This document shows positions 1 through 8,673 of a stretch of DNA of 27,567 nucleotides, one piece after another. The stretch is from assembly GCA_040904565.1 (NCBI GenBank), contig JBBDTI010000012.1:13307-40873 (forward strand). The letters run 5' to 3'. The position numbers and the translations under genes were made by a program. This DNA is from Rhodothermales bacterium (GTDB lineage Bacteria > Bacteroidota > Rhodothermia > Rhodothermales > VXPQ01). Each line of letters opens with the position of its first letter. Positions within the stretch are counted from its first letter, which is position 1. The notes under the pieces were generated by a model, which was not told the origin of the DNA, did not search any database, and saw only the letters and a list, made by a program, of their open reading frames with translations.

Positions 1-26
1 CTCCGTGCTGGTCCTCCGTGCGACGA

Positions 27-1526
27 TCACGAACGTTTGCGCGGATCGGCTACGTCGCGCAGGAACTCGACCAGCAAACGCACGCCGAAGCCCGTACCGC
101 CTTTCGGTCGATAGGGCTTGGCCTCACTCAGAAAGGACGGCCCGGCGATGTCTACGTGGATCCACGGGTAGTCGGTGAAGTGCTCCAGGAATTTCGCGGC
201 GGTAATGGAGCCGGCCTCACGGCCACCGACGTTCTTGAGGTCGGCGACGTCGCTCTCGAGCTGTTTCGCGTAATGATCGAACATGGGAAGGCGGTGAACC
301 AGATCGCCGCTGCGGCGGCCGGCGGACTCGATGGCCTGGATGCGCTCGTCGGCACCCTGACGGTCGTTGGTCATCACGGCCGCCACCTCGGAGCCGAGCG
401 CGACGACCTGTGAACCCGTCAGCGTCGCCAGCTCGAGGACGAGCGTCGGCTTGTAGGTGCGCGCATAGGACAGCGCGTCGGCCAGAATCATCCGCCCTTC
501 CGCATCCGTGTTGAGCACTTCAACCGTCTTCCCGGAATGCATCTTGATGACGTCGCCGGGCACGTAGGCATTCTCACCTGGACGGTTGTCGGTCGCCGGG
601 ATGAGTCCGATGACGTAGAGGGGCAGATCGAGCCGCGCGACGGCCTCCATCGCGCCGACCACGGCCGCGGCGCCGGCCATGTCGCACTTCATCATATCCA
701 TCGAATTCTTCGTCGGCTTCAGCGAGAGTCCGCCCGTGTCGAACATGACGCCCTTGCCGACGAGCACGATGGGCCGCTCGTTGGATGCATTCTCCGGATT
801 CCACTCCAGAATGGTGAAGGTCGGTGGCTCCTGACTCCCCCGATTTACGGCGAGGAGTCCACCCATCCCCTCATCTTCGATCAGCGACTTATCCCAGACC
901 GAGGTGGAAAACCCGCATTTCTTGCCGAGCTTCTCGACCGAGCGAGAGAAGGCCGTGGCGGTCTTGTCGTCGGGCGACGTGTTGACCAGATCCCGGGCGG
1001 TCATGACGGCTTCCGCGACGATGCGCCCGCGCTCGACGCCGCGCCGGCTGGCTGATTCCTGCTGGCCCACGTGGATGACGAGGCGTTCCGCGCCGGGATA
1101 TCCTTTGTCGTCGGTCTTGTACCGCGTGAATCGATAGGACGCCAGCATAAATCCTTCGACGAGCGCGTGTCCGACGACCTCCGGATCCAGCTCTACAGCC
1201 GGCTGAACGATGCCTATGGTGTTGGCCTTACATTTCTTTGCGAGATCCGCGCCCGTCGCCATGGCGCGACGCAGCTGCTCGGCATCCGATTTGGCAATCG
1301 ACCCGGCTCCCACCAGACCGATGCGCTTCGCCTTGGCTTTCGTGGGATAGATGACCACGCCATCCTCCGTCGACCCGGTGAAGTCGTCGGCCGCACGCCC
1401 GACCGATTCATCCACGTCGTCGGCCAGCCCCTTCAGGCGGTCCGCCGCATTCTCTTCAAATACGGGAACGAGCAGGAGATCGACGTCCAGTTCGAGCAGT
1501 GGCAGCGTCGTGATGGAAACTTTCAT
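27..1526 (-). CDS. pepA: Leucyl aminopeptidase (peptidase M17)
   Basis: 499-aa ORF with M17 metal-binding and catalytic motifs VGKGVMFDTGGLSLK, MKCDMAGAA, NTDAEGR and ATLTG. Confidence 0.96.
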   Translation of the reverse strand: MKVSITTLPLLELDVDLLLVPVFEENAADRLKGLADDVDESVGRAADDFTGSTEDGVVIYPTKAKAKRIGLVGAGSIAKSDAEQLRRAMATGADLAKKCKANTIGIVQPAVELDPEVVGHALVEGFMLASYRFTRYKTDDKGYPGAERLVIHVGQQESASRRGVERGRIVAEAVMTARDLVNTSPDDKTATAFSRSVEKLGKKCGFSTSVWDKSLIEDEGMGGLLAVNRGSQEPPTFTILEWNPENASNERPIVLVGKGVMFDTGGLSLKPTKNSMDMMKCDMAGAAAVVGAMEAVARLDLPLYVIGLIPATDNRPGENAYVPGDVIKMHSGKTVEVLNTDAEGRMILADALSYARTYKPTLVLELATLTGSQVVALGSEVAAVMTNDRQGADERIQAIESAGRRSGDLVHRLPMFDHYAKQLESDVADLKNVGGREAGSITAAKFLEHFTDYPWIHVDIAGPSFLSEAKPYRPKGGTGFGVRLLVEFLRDVADPRKRS

Positions 1527-1544
1527 GCTTGGCCGTTCGCAGTC

Positions 1545-2615
1545 CTATGGATTCTGTGACTTTATTTCGAGGAGGGAGGAAAGATACGCATCATCCTCTT
1601 CCGTGAGGGTGACGTCTCCGTCGTCGTCGACGTCGAGCTCGAGAAACCGGGGCGCGGCCGCGGTCACCTTGTCGATCGTCGCTTCGAGAGGCTCGGTAAG
1701 GTAGGCGCCGGACGCGTTCTTGTGACCGCCTCCCCCGAAGGATCGGGCCCACTCGTTAACGTGCGCATCTCCCTTCGAGCGGAAGCTCATCTTCGTACCC
1801 CCTTCCGTCTCGAAAAACAGTACGGCCGCCTTCACACCGTCGATCGACAGGGCATAATTTACGAACCCCTCCGTATCCTCGCTGCTCGCGCCGGTTTCCT
1901 TCAGCATGCGCGGCGTAACGACGATGTAGGCCAGCTGCCCGTCGTAGAGCAGGGTGATCGTCTCCAGAACCCGGCCCATGAGGCGCAGGCTCTCCGTCGA
2001 TCGCGTATCGTAGACGGCGATATGGATCGGGGCCGGAGAAAGGGAACCCCGCTCGAGGATGTCGGCCGTAATGCGATGGAGTTCGGGAGTGACGCTCGAA
2101 TACCGAAACGATCCCGTGTCCGTCATGATGGCCGCGTACAGGGCGGTAGCGATGTCCGTGTCGATGAGGTCCGCATCGTACGCGGCGATGAGCTCGTAGA
2201 CGATCTCGCCGGTGGACGAAGCGGTCTGGCGCGAACACTGTACGTCGAACCATTCTTCGGGATGGGTGTGGTGGTCGACCAGCACCTTGACCCCGCCCGA
2301 CGCCCCGACCGGCCCGCTGAGCTTCCCGATCCGGTCGCGCGCGTTCGTGTCCAGCACGAAGACCACGTCGGCCCCGTCGACCTGCGTCCGATGATCGATC
2401 GATCCATCGAAGACCTCGACCTTATCGAGCCCCGGCAGCCAGTCCATATTCATCGGCGGCGGATCGCTGTTGAGCATGGAGACGTCTTTCCCCAGCTTTT
2501 CCAGAAACAATCCCAACGCAAGCTCGGACCCGAGGGCATCTCCATCCGGACGCGTGTGCGTCGTAATGAAGAATCGATCGTGCTTTTCGATGAGTGAAAG
2601 GATCTCGTCTATCAT
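1545..2615 (-). CDS. nrnA: DHH/DHHA1 phosphoesterase, bifunctional oligoribonuclease/pAp phosphatase NrnA-like
   Basis: Motifs THTRPDGDALGS, VLD, VDHH, MTDTGSF, SFRS and GGGGHKNASG. The start was moved from 2762 to the ATG at 2615 (MIDEILSLIEK) because the upstream 49 codons do not look like part of the domain. Confidence 0.92.
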   Translation of the reverse strand: MIDEILSLIEKHDRFFITTHTRPDGDALGSELALGLFLEKLGKDVSMLNSDPPPMNMDWLPGLDKVEVFDGSIDHRTQVDGADVVFVLDTNARDRIGKLSGPVGASGGVKVLVDHHTHPEEWFDVQCSRQTASSTGEIVYELIAAYDADLIDTDIATALYAAIMTDTGSFRYSSVTPELHRITADILERGSLSPAPIHIAVYDTRSTESLRLMGRVLETITLLYDGQLAYIVVTPRMLKETGASSEDTEGFVNYALSIDGVKAAVLFFETEGGTKMSFRSKGDAHVNEWARSFGGGGHKNASGAYLTEPLEATIDKVTAAAPRFLELDVDDDGDVTLTEEDDAYLSSLLEIKSQNP

Positions 2616-2792
2616 TCTAAACCGTCTGTATTCGATGTAGCCTGTTCTGTACGACAGGGTGAAGGGGGCGTTCCGACCGGAGAAACGGGCGCCGCCTCCG
2701 CCGCGGCGATCGGCGCGACACGAACCCGAAGGGCGATTGACGAGCGCAGCGAGTAAATGCAACGCGGAGCTGCGCCGTTTATCAATGGCCCT

Positions 2793-3389
2793 TTAGATTC
2801 CGATGATGAATCCATCCAGATCTCGCTCCGCACGAAACCTACCGACGGCGTGGACCGCCGCGCCGCCGAGAGGACGTTCGATGCCGGCGACGCGGCCCCG
2901 GAGCACGGCGTCGAACGTGCCGACGATGAGCGTGTCCGTCACGGTCGATAGCGTGGCCGATCCGGACACCGCGCGAAGGTCTCGGAGCATGCCTTCTCGG
3001 TACAGCATGAGAAACTGATCGTCCCGAACGTCTCCGAGGGAGCCGGAGGTGACGTCCAGCTGATAGGCCCCCGGCTCGGGCGGGAGCGTGTCCCGGCGGG
3101 CCAGCACGAATCCGCCCGCGAAATCAAAATCCGATTTGAGGCGGATCACGAAGCGCTCGCGCTGCTCGACGGGCTCGACGACGATCCCGAAAGCGGCACG
3201 CCCGCGGAGCGTATCGGTGATCGCGTTCCCGAGGACGACCCGGTAGGTCCCCGACGGCTCGCTCTCGCCGACCACCGTATTCGACGGCGACGGTTCACCG
3301 CCGCCGTTTTCGGAGCCGCACGCAGCGAGGGCAGCGGCAAGGACGGCGGCCGATAACCAGATTCGGATGGCGGTGAGGCCGGTACGCAT
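2793..3389 (-). CDS. Hypothetical lipoprotein (beta-rich C-terminus)
   Basis: Signal peptide with lipobox LAAC. The ATG at 3389 lies 2 nt after the ddl stop. The C-terminus GSATLSTVTDTLIVGTFDAVL...GRFRA loosely resembles small beta-rich Bacteroidota lipoproteins (family assignment uncertain). Confidence 0.75.
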   Translation of the reverse strand: MRTGLTAIRIWLSAAVLAAALAACGSENGGGEPSPSNTVVGESEPSGTYRVVLGNAITDTLRGRAAFGIVVEPVEQRERFVIRLKSDFDFAGGFVLARRDTLPPEPGAYQLDVTSGSLGDVRDDQFLMLYREGMLRDLRAVSGSATLSTVTDTLIVGTFDAVLRGRVAGIERPLGGAAVHAVGRFRAERDLDGFIIGI

Positions 3390-3391
3390 CC

Positions 3392-4639
3392 TCAAGAGCC
3401 CTTCGAGCCTTTGATGCCTCGCAGGCTCTTTTCAGAGAGTAGATTCACGTCGTAGGTTCGGATGCGGCTGCTGCGAGTCCGATGACGCCGCCGCGCCAGC
3501 TCGATCATACGGTGAACGAGCTCGTCGAACGGCACGCCGGACGGTTCCCAGAGGTAAAATGAGAAAGACCCCGGAATGGTATTGATCTCGTTGAAATACG
3601 CGGTGCCGTCCGACCCGTCGATCATGAAATCGATGCGCGCCACGCCGCCGCACTCGAAAAGCTGGAACACGCCGACGGCCATCTCGCGAAGGCGTTGGGC
3701 CGTATCCTCGTCGACCGGGGCGGGGATGATGCGGTCCAGCGACGCCATGCCCGCCGGACCGCCGGAGCCGTCCTTCGCGCCACCGCTCTTGCCGCCTCCC
3801 TCATCTCGCATATACTTTTCCTGGAACGTCAGGAGGTCCTCTCCAGACGCACGTACCGGCTCCTCCAGCACGCTGGCGACGGCCTCGTCGGCATCACCCA
3901 GGACCGCACAATTGATTTCCTTCAGATCCGTCACGGCGTACTCGACGACGATCTTCGAATCGTACCGAAAGGCATCCTCGACCGCTCGATCCAGCTCGTC
4001 TCGCGTGCGCCCCATGGAGATGCCGATGGACGAGCCGAGACGGGACGGCTTGACGATCGCCGGGTAGCCGAGCTTGGCCTCGCAGCGATCCAGCCACTCC
4101 TCTTCCCGGCGAGCCCACTGCGACTCCCGGATCGCGACGAAGTCTACGACGGGGATTCCCCGATCGCGGCAGACGCGCTTCGAAAGGACCTTGTCCATCC
4201 CGAGCGCCGAGCCCAGGATGGTGCTCCCCGTATAGGGAACGTTGAACGTCTCGCACAACCCCTGCAATCCGCCGTCCTCACCCGAACCGCCGTGCAGGCC
4301 CAGAAACATGACGTCCACCCGAACCTCTTCGGGCCGGCGCGAGAAGAATCCGCCGCGCTTCTCCTCGAGGAGCCTCAGCGTACTCCCGGGACCCCGCGCC
4401 GGGCGTACGGGCGTCGCCTCGCGCCGCACGCGGTTCAGATCCTGAAACGCCTCGACATCCTCCAACACCTTCCCGGTATACCAGGTACCGTCCTTGGCGA
4501 TGTAGATGGGCACGGGGCGGTATCGCGATCGATCCAGGGCGTGCATCGCCTGAAGCGACGAGATGATGGACACCTCGTGCTCGGGAGAGACGCCGCCGAA
4601 GACGACGCCCACGATTAACATGCCGGTATGCCGTTCCAT
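3392..4639 (-). CDS. ddl: D-alanine--D-alanine ligase
   Basis: Motifs FGGVSPEHEVS, LHGGSGEDG, GMDK, VKPSRLGSSIG, omega loop FQEKY, ARIDF and NEINTIPG. Confidence 0.95.
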   Translation of the reverse strand: MERHTGMLIVGVVFGGVSPEHEVSIISSLQAMHALDRSRYRPVPIYIAKDGTWYTGKVLEDVEAFQDLNRVRREATPVRPARGPGSTLRLLEEKRGGFFSRRPEEVRVDVMFLGLHGGSGEDGGLQGLCETFNVPYTGSTILGSALGMDKVLSKRVCRDRGIPVVDFVAIRESQWARREEEWLDRCEAKLGYPAIVKPSRLGSSIGISMGRTRDELDRAVEDAFRYDSKIVVEYAVTDLKEINCAVLGDADEAVASVLEEPVRASGEDLLTFQEKYMRDEGGGKSGGAKDGSGGPAGMASLDRIIPAPVDEDTAQRLREMAVGVFQLFECGGVARIDFMIDGSDGTAYFNEINTIPGSFSFYLWEPSGVPFDELVHRMIELARRRHRTRSSRIRTYDVNLLSEKSLRGIKGSKGS

Positions 4640-4657
4640 GCGGATCTTCTGGGGTGA

Positions 4658-5950
4658 TCAGGCGGAAACGTCCGCTTCGACGAAGTGCTGCTTGTTGTAA
4701 ATCGCCCAGGCACGGCCGACCATCCGGTGACCGACGAAGGGCGTATTCCTGCTCTTGGAGCGGATGTGCCGCTCTTCGAACGTCCATTCCGTCGTCGCAT
4801 CGAAGATCGTGAGGCACGCCTCCGCACCTTCATCGAGGGTGGGTACGTCCAGCCTCAGAATCGTTCGCGGCGCTACGGTCAGCTTGTGGACGGCCTCCGC
4901 GACGGAAAGGACGCCGGCATCGATCAGCGCGTGCCCGATCAGTCCCCACGCCGTCTCGAGCCCGAGAATGCCGAACGGTGCCCGGATGTACTCGACCTCC
5001 TTCTCGAACGAAGCGTGCGGGGCATGGTCCGTGCAGATGGCGTCGATGGTGCCGTCACGCAGCCCCTCCTTGATCGCCGCCACGTCGCGCGCACCGCGCA
5101 GGGGCGGGTGCATCTTCGTGTTCGTGTCGAACCCCGTCTCCTCCACGGCCTCGTCCGTCAGCACGAAATGATGCGGGCACACCTCCGCCGTCACGTGGAT
5201 GCCTTGCTTACGGGCACGTCGAACGAGCTCCACGGCCGTCGCCGTGGAAATGTGGGCGACGTGAACGTGTCCACCCGTAAACCCGGCGAGCAGCACGTCG
5301 CGAGCGATCATCACCTCCTCGGAGAGGGCGGGAATGCCGGGCAGCCCGAGGCGGGTCGAGACGTCCCCCTCGTGCATGTGGCCGTCGACGTTGAGCGTGA
5401 GCTCCTCCATGTGGTTGATAATCGGCTTCTCCAGCGTCGAGCTGTATTCGAGCGCGCGCCGCATGAGTCCGGCATGCTGCACGGGCGAGCCGTCGTCACT
5501 GAACGCGACGGCGCCGCCGTCCGCCAGGTCCGCCATCTCCGTGAGCGTCTTGCCCTTGCGGTTCTTCGAGACGCAAGCGATCGGATGTACGTCGACGGCC
5601 GTCTTTTCAGCGCGCTCGATGATGAACTCCACCACGTCGCGCGTATGTATCGGAGGATCCGTGTTGGGCATGCACGCCACGGCCGTGAACCCACCGGCCG
5701 CCGCGGCGCGGCATCCGGTTTCGATCGTTTCCTTGTGCTCGTACCCCGGCTCGCGGAAATGCACGTGCATGTCCATCCAGCCGGGAGATATCAGCTTGCC
5801 GGAGCAATCGTAGACGGGGTCGTCGCCGGGATCCAGGTCGGATCCAACCGAGGAAATGCGGCCGTCGCGAATACGAACGTCGGCCTGGCGCTCCGCGCCC
5901 GATACGGGGTCGAGAAGCGTGCCTCCGCGAAGCAGAAGATCGGGAGTCAT
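4658..5950 (-). CDS. pyrC: Dihydroorotase (type I, long form)
   Basis: Motifs DMHVHFREPG, GGFTAVACMPNT, HVAHIST, EVCPHH, TDHAPH and SKSRNTPF. Confidence 0.95.
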   Translation of the reverse strand: MTPDLLLRGGTLLDPVSGAERQADVRIRDGRISSVGSDLDPGDDPVYDCSGKLISPGWMDMHVHFREPGYEHKETIETGCRAAAAGGFTAVACMPNTDPPIHTRDVVEFIIERAEKTAVDVHPIACVSKNRKGKTLTEMADLADGGAVAFSDDGSPVQHAGLMRRALEYSSTLEKPIINHMEELTLNVDGHMHEGDVSTRLGLPGIPALSEEVMIARDVLLAGFTGGHVHVAHISTATAVELVRRARKQGIHVTAEVCPHHFVLTDEAVEETGFDTNTKMHPPLRGARDVAAIKEGLRDGTIDAICTDHAPHASFEKEVEYIRAPFGILGLETAWGLIGHALIDAGVLSVAEAVHKLTVAPRTILRLDVPTLDEGAEACLTIFDATTEWTFEERHIRSKSRNTPFVGHRMVGRAWAIYNKQHFVEADVSA

Positions 5951-5963
5951 ACGGGTAGATCGG

Positions 5964-8381
5964 TTACAAATTATCGGTGATAAGACGCTCGGTGATAAAA
6001 CGGGTCATCAGCGTGTACAGGTGGAGCCGCGTACCGCCGCCGAAGATGCCGTGGTCGCGTCCGGGATAGAACATGACGTCGAACTGTTTTCCCGCTCCCT
6101 GCAGGGCGTCAACCATCTGCGTCGTATTCTGAAAATGCACGTTGTCGTCAAGATCGCCGTGTATAATCAGGAGATCCTGCGACTCCCGCAAACGATCTGC
6201 GTAATTCGTAGGCGCTCCGTCCTCGTAGCCGGCTTCATTGCGCCGCGGGGTCGACATGAATCGTTCCGTGTAGATCGTATCGTACTGGCGCCAGTCCGTC
6301 ACCGGCGCGACGGCCGCCCCGACCTCGAACGTCGATGGACCGTCCGCCGTCAGCATCGACATCAGCGTCAGGTAGCCGCCGTAACTCCACCCCCAGATGC
6401 CGGTGCGGTCGGCGTCGATGTAGGAGCGCGCGCTCAGATGCCGCGCGGCGGCGACCTGGTCCTGGGCCTCGATGGTTCCCAGGCGGGCGTAGGTGACGCT
6501 CTTGAACGACTTGCTTCGTCCGCCCGTGCCCCTGTTGTCGACGCCGGCCACGATCACGCCGTGCCGTTCCGCAAGATACGCGTGCCAGAGATACCGAACG
6601 CCGCCCCACGCCTTTTCGACCGTCTGGGAGCCGGGCCCGCCGTAGACGTGCATCAGGAGCGGATAGGACCGCGTCGAATCGAAATCCGTCGGCTTAATGA
6701 GATATGCGTGCAGCGGGGTCCCGTCGTCGGCCGGAACCGTCGTGAATTCCGGGTACGGCAGCGCATACCTTTCCAGCCGTTCCTGCAGCGCTTCATTGCC
6801 CTCGAGCATGTCGACGAGGTCCCCGTCCGCCGTATGCAGCGTGGTCACGAGCGGAGTGGACACGTCCGTGAAGCGGTCGATGAAGAAGCGCAGATCGCGC
6901 GACATGCTGACGTTGTGATGGCCCGGACGGGCGGTGACGCGGGTGAGTTCTGCCCCGGCCGTAGCTTTCCCGGCAGTGCCACCCCGGAATGCGGCTTCCA
7001 CGACAGCGGCTCCCCCGGCAGCGGCTCCCTCGGATGCGCCATCCCCGGCCGCGGGTCTCATGACCGAGCCTCCGGATGAAGCGTCGAACGGCACGCTGTA
7101 CAGGTGACGTTCCAGCGGGGAGGCTTCCGTCGCCGTGAAATACACGGCGTTGCGTTCGCGATCGACGCCGTGAAAGGCCGTCACATTCCAGTCGCCCTGC
7201 GTCAGCCGGCGCACGAGCGTCCCGTCGTTTCGATAGAGGTACAGATGGCGGAAATCGTCACGCTCGCTGAGCCAGACGAAATGCCGGTCGTCGTCGAGAT
7301 AGGTGATCGTCCCGCCGGCCAGGTCACCAAAGCTGGTTTCGACGTCGATCCACGTATCATTCTCCTCCCGAAGCACGACGTGGGTCGACATGTCGGACGG
7401 ATCGCCGTAGACCACGTCGACCCGGTTCTGGTCCCGGTTCAATCGGAAGAACCAGACGTACGCGGTCCCGTCGACGTCGGGCGTCCAGCCGAGGCTCGGA
7501 ACGTATTCGAGGCTGTCGCCCCCGGCGAACCAGGTCCCCGTGTCGAAGAAGCGGCGCTCCCCGGTCGCCACGTCGACGACGCCGACGTGGATCTCGCTGT
7601 TGGTTTCGCCGGCCTTCGGATAACGGAAGCGGATGAGCTCCGGATACTGCCCCCGGAGATCCTGCATGGTAAACTCGCGCGTCGACGATTCGTCGAGCTG
7701 CACGTAGGCGATCCGGTCGCTGCCCGGACCCCACGCCCACCCGTCGCGCAGGCCGAACTCCTCCTCGTAGACCCAGTCCGACGTCCCGTTGATGATGCCC
7801 CCCTCCGAGCCGTCATCCGTCAGCCGACGTAACTCCATATCGTCGAGGTCGACGGCAAAGAGATCCCGGTTTCGGACGAAGCCCACGTGACGGCCATCCG
7901 GACTGAACTTCGCGAACATCTGGAAGCCGTCGGCCCGGCGAGCCAGCGGCTTCAGGCTCTCCGCTTCCCGGTCGTAGACGTAGTAATACCCTTTGGTGTT
8001 GTACCGCCAGACCCGTTCGGAATCGGTATAGATGAGCACTCTGGACCGATCCGGGCTGTACTGGTAGCCCTCGATACGAATGAGGCGATCCACGTCGGCC
8101 GCATAGAGGTCGTTCCCGTCGATGAGCCGCTCGCGCGCCTGCGTCTCCAGATTGCGACTGTAGAGATGGGTGGCGTCGGTCGACGTGTCCTCTTCCACGA
8201 ACGTAATGACGGGGCCCTCTTCAGCCCACGATCCCCCCTGAAAGCGCTGCGGTACGAACGTACCGGATGCGTGGATGTCCTCCAGGGTGAGCTGCTCTCG
8301 ATCCGCTTGCTGCGCGTCGGCCGCGCTGGTGACGACCAGCAGGCATGCCAGCAGCGCCGACGTGGCCCGAAGTATTCGCAT
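5964..8381 (-). CDS. S9B dipeptidyl peptidase IV family serine peptidase, secreted
   Basis: DWVYEEE motif, YPKAG, YGGPGSQ, nucleophile GWSYGG, HGDLDDNVH (Asp) and DHGI (His). Start assigned to the ATG at 8381 (MRILRATSALLACLLVVTSAADA-QQ, a Sec signal peptide). Confidence 0.94.
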   Translation of the reverse strand: MRILRATSALLACLLVVTSAADAQQADREQLTLEDIHASGTFVPQRFQGGSWAEEGPVITFVEEDTSTDATHLYSRNLETQARERLIDGNDLYAADVDRLIRIEGYQYSPDRSRVLIYTDSERVWRYNTKGYYYVYDREAESLKPLARRADGFQMFAKFSPDGRHVGFVRNRDLFAVDLDDMELRRLTDDGSEGGIINGTSDWVYEEEFGLRDGWAWGPGSDRIAYVQLDESSTREFTMQDLRGQYPELIRFRYPKAGETNSEIHVGVVDVATGERRFFDTGTWFAGGDSLEYVPSLGWTPDVDGTAYVWFFRLNRDQNRVDVVYGDPSDMSTHVVLREENDTWIDVETSFGDLAGGTITYLDDDRHFVWLSERDDFRHLYLYRNDGTLVRRLTQGDWNVTAFHGVDRERNAVYFTATEASPLERHLYSVPFDASSGGSVMRPAAGDGASEGAAAGGAAVVEAAFRGGTAGKATAGAELTRVTARPGHHNVSMSRDLRFFIDRFTDVSTPLVTTLHTADGDLVDMLEGNEALQERLERYALPYPEFTTVPADDGTPLHAYLIKPTDFDSTRSYPLLMHVYGGPGSQTVEKAWGGVRYLWHAYLAERHGVIVAGVDNRGTGGRSKSFKSVTYARLGTIEAQDQVAAARHLSARSYIDADRTGIWGWSYGGYLTLMSMLTADGPSTFEVGAAVAPVTDWRQYDTIYTERFMSTPRRNEAGYEDGAPTNYADRLRESQDLLIIHGDLDDNVHFQNTTQMVDALQGAGKQFDVMFYPGRDHGIFGGGTRLHLYTLMTRFITERLITDNL
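6953..7057. repeat. Degenerate 15-bp tandem repeat (7 units), in frame within the DPP-IV gene
   Basis: Units: ccccggccgtagctt / tcccggcagtgccac / cccggaatgcggctt / ccacgacagcggctc / ccccggcagcggctc / cctcggatgcgccat / ccccggccgcgggtc. They encode an Ala/Gly-rich stretch. Confidence 0.75.
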
Positions 8382-8441
8382 AGTCTTTCCGGATGTGTCC
8401 GACCGTCTCGTCTTCCCCCGACGCTGCGGGACCGAATCTCG

Positions 8442-8465
8442 GTACTGCGGCCGCGGCCGCAGTAC
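8442..8465. repeat. Perfect 24-bp palindrome GTACTGCGGCCGCGGCCGCAGTAC
   Basis: The sequence equals its own reverse complement. It lies about 60 bp upstream of the DPP-IV start, in the region divergent from alr. Confidence 0.85.
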
Positions 8466-8673
8466 TCGACCCAGGCTCGACCGGCCTCCCGGATGCGAGT
8501 CCGGCGGCGATAACGCCAAAGGCGCTGATTGTAACGGGCATCCCCCCAAAGGTTTCGGCGCAGCGTTCGCGGGAAGCGCGAACCCCTCCGGGTCCGGCTG
8601 AGTAAGCCCATCACGCATCGGGATCCCATCGGATCCGTTCAGCCCTTATCAACCCGATCACGTTCCCTACGCA

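Noticed and set aside
4685-5980. Long antisense ORFs, e.g. 4685-5980 (+), 5856-7079 (+), 8611-9714 (-), 11094-12590 (-), 14454-15704 (-), 22709-24373 (+)
   Set aside because: They mirror or overlap well-supported genes and have no recognisable motifs. Such shadow ORFs are expected from high-GC codon bias.
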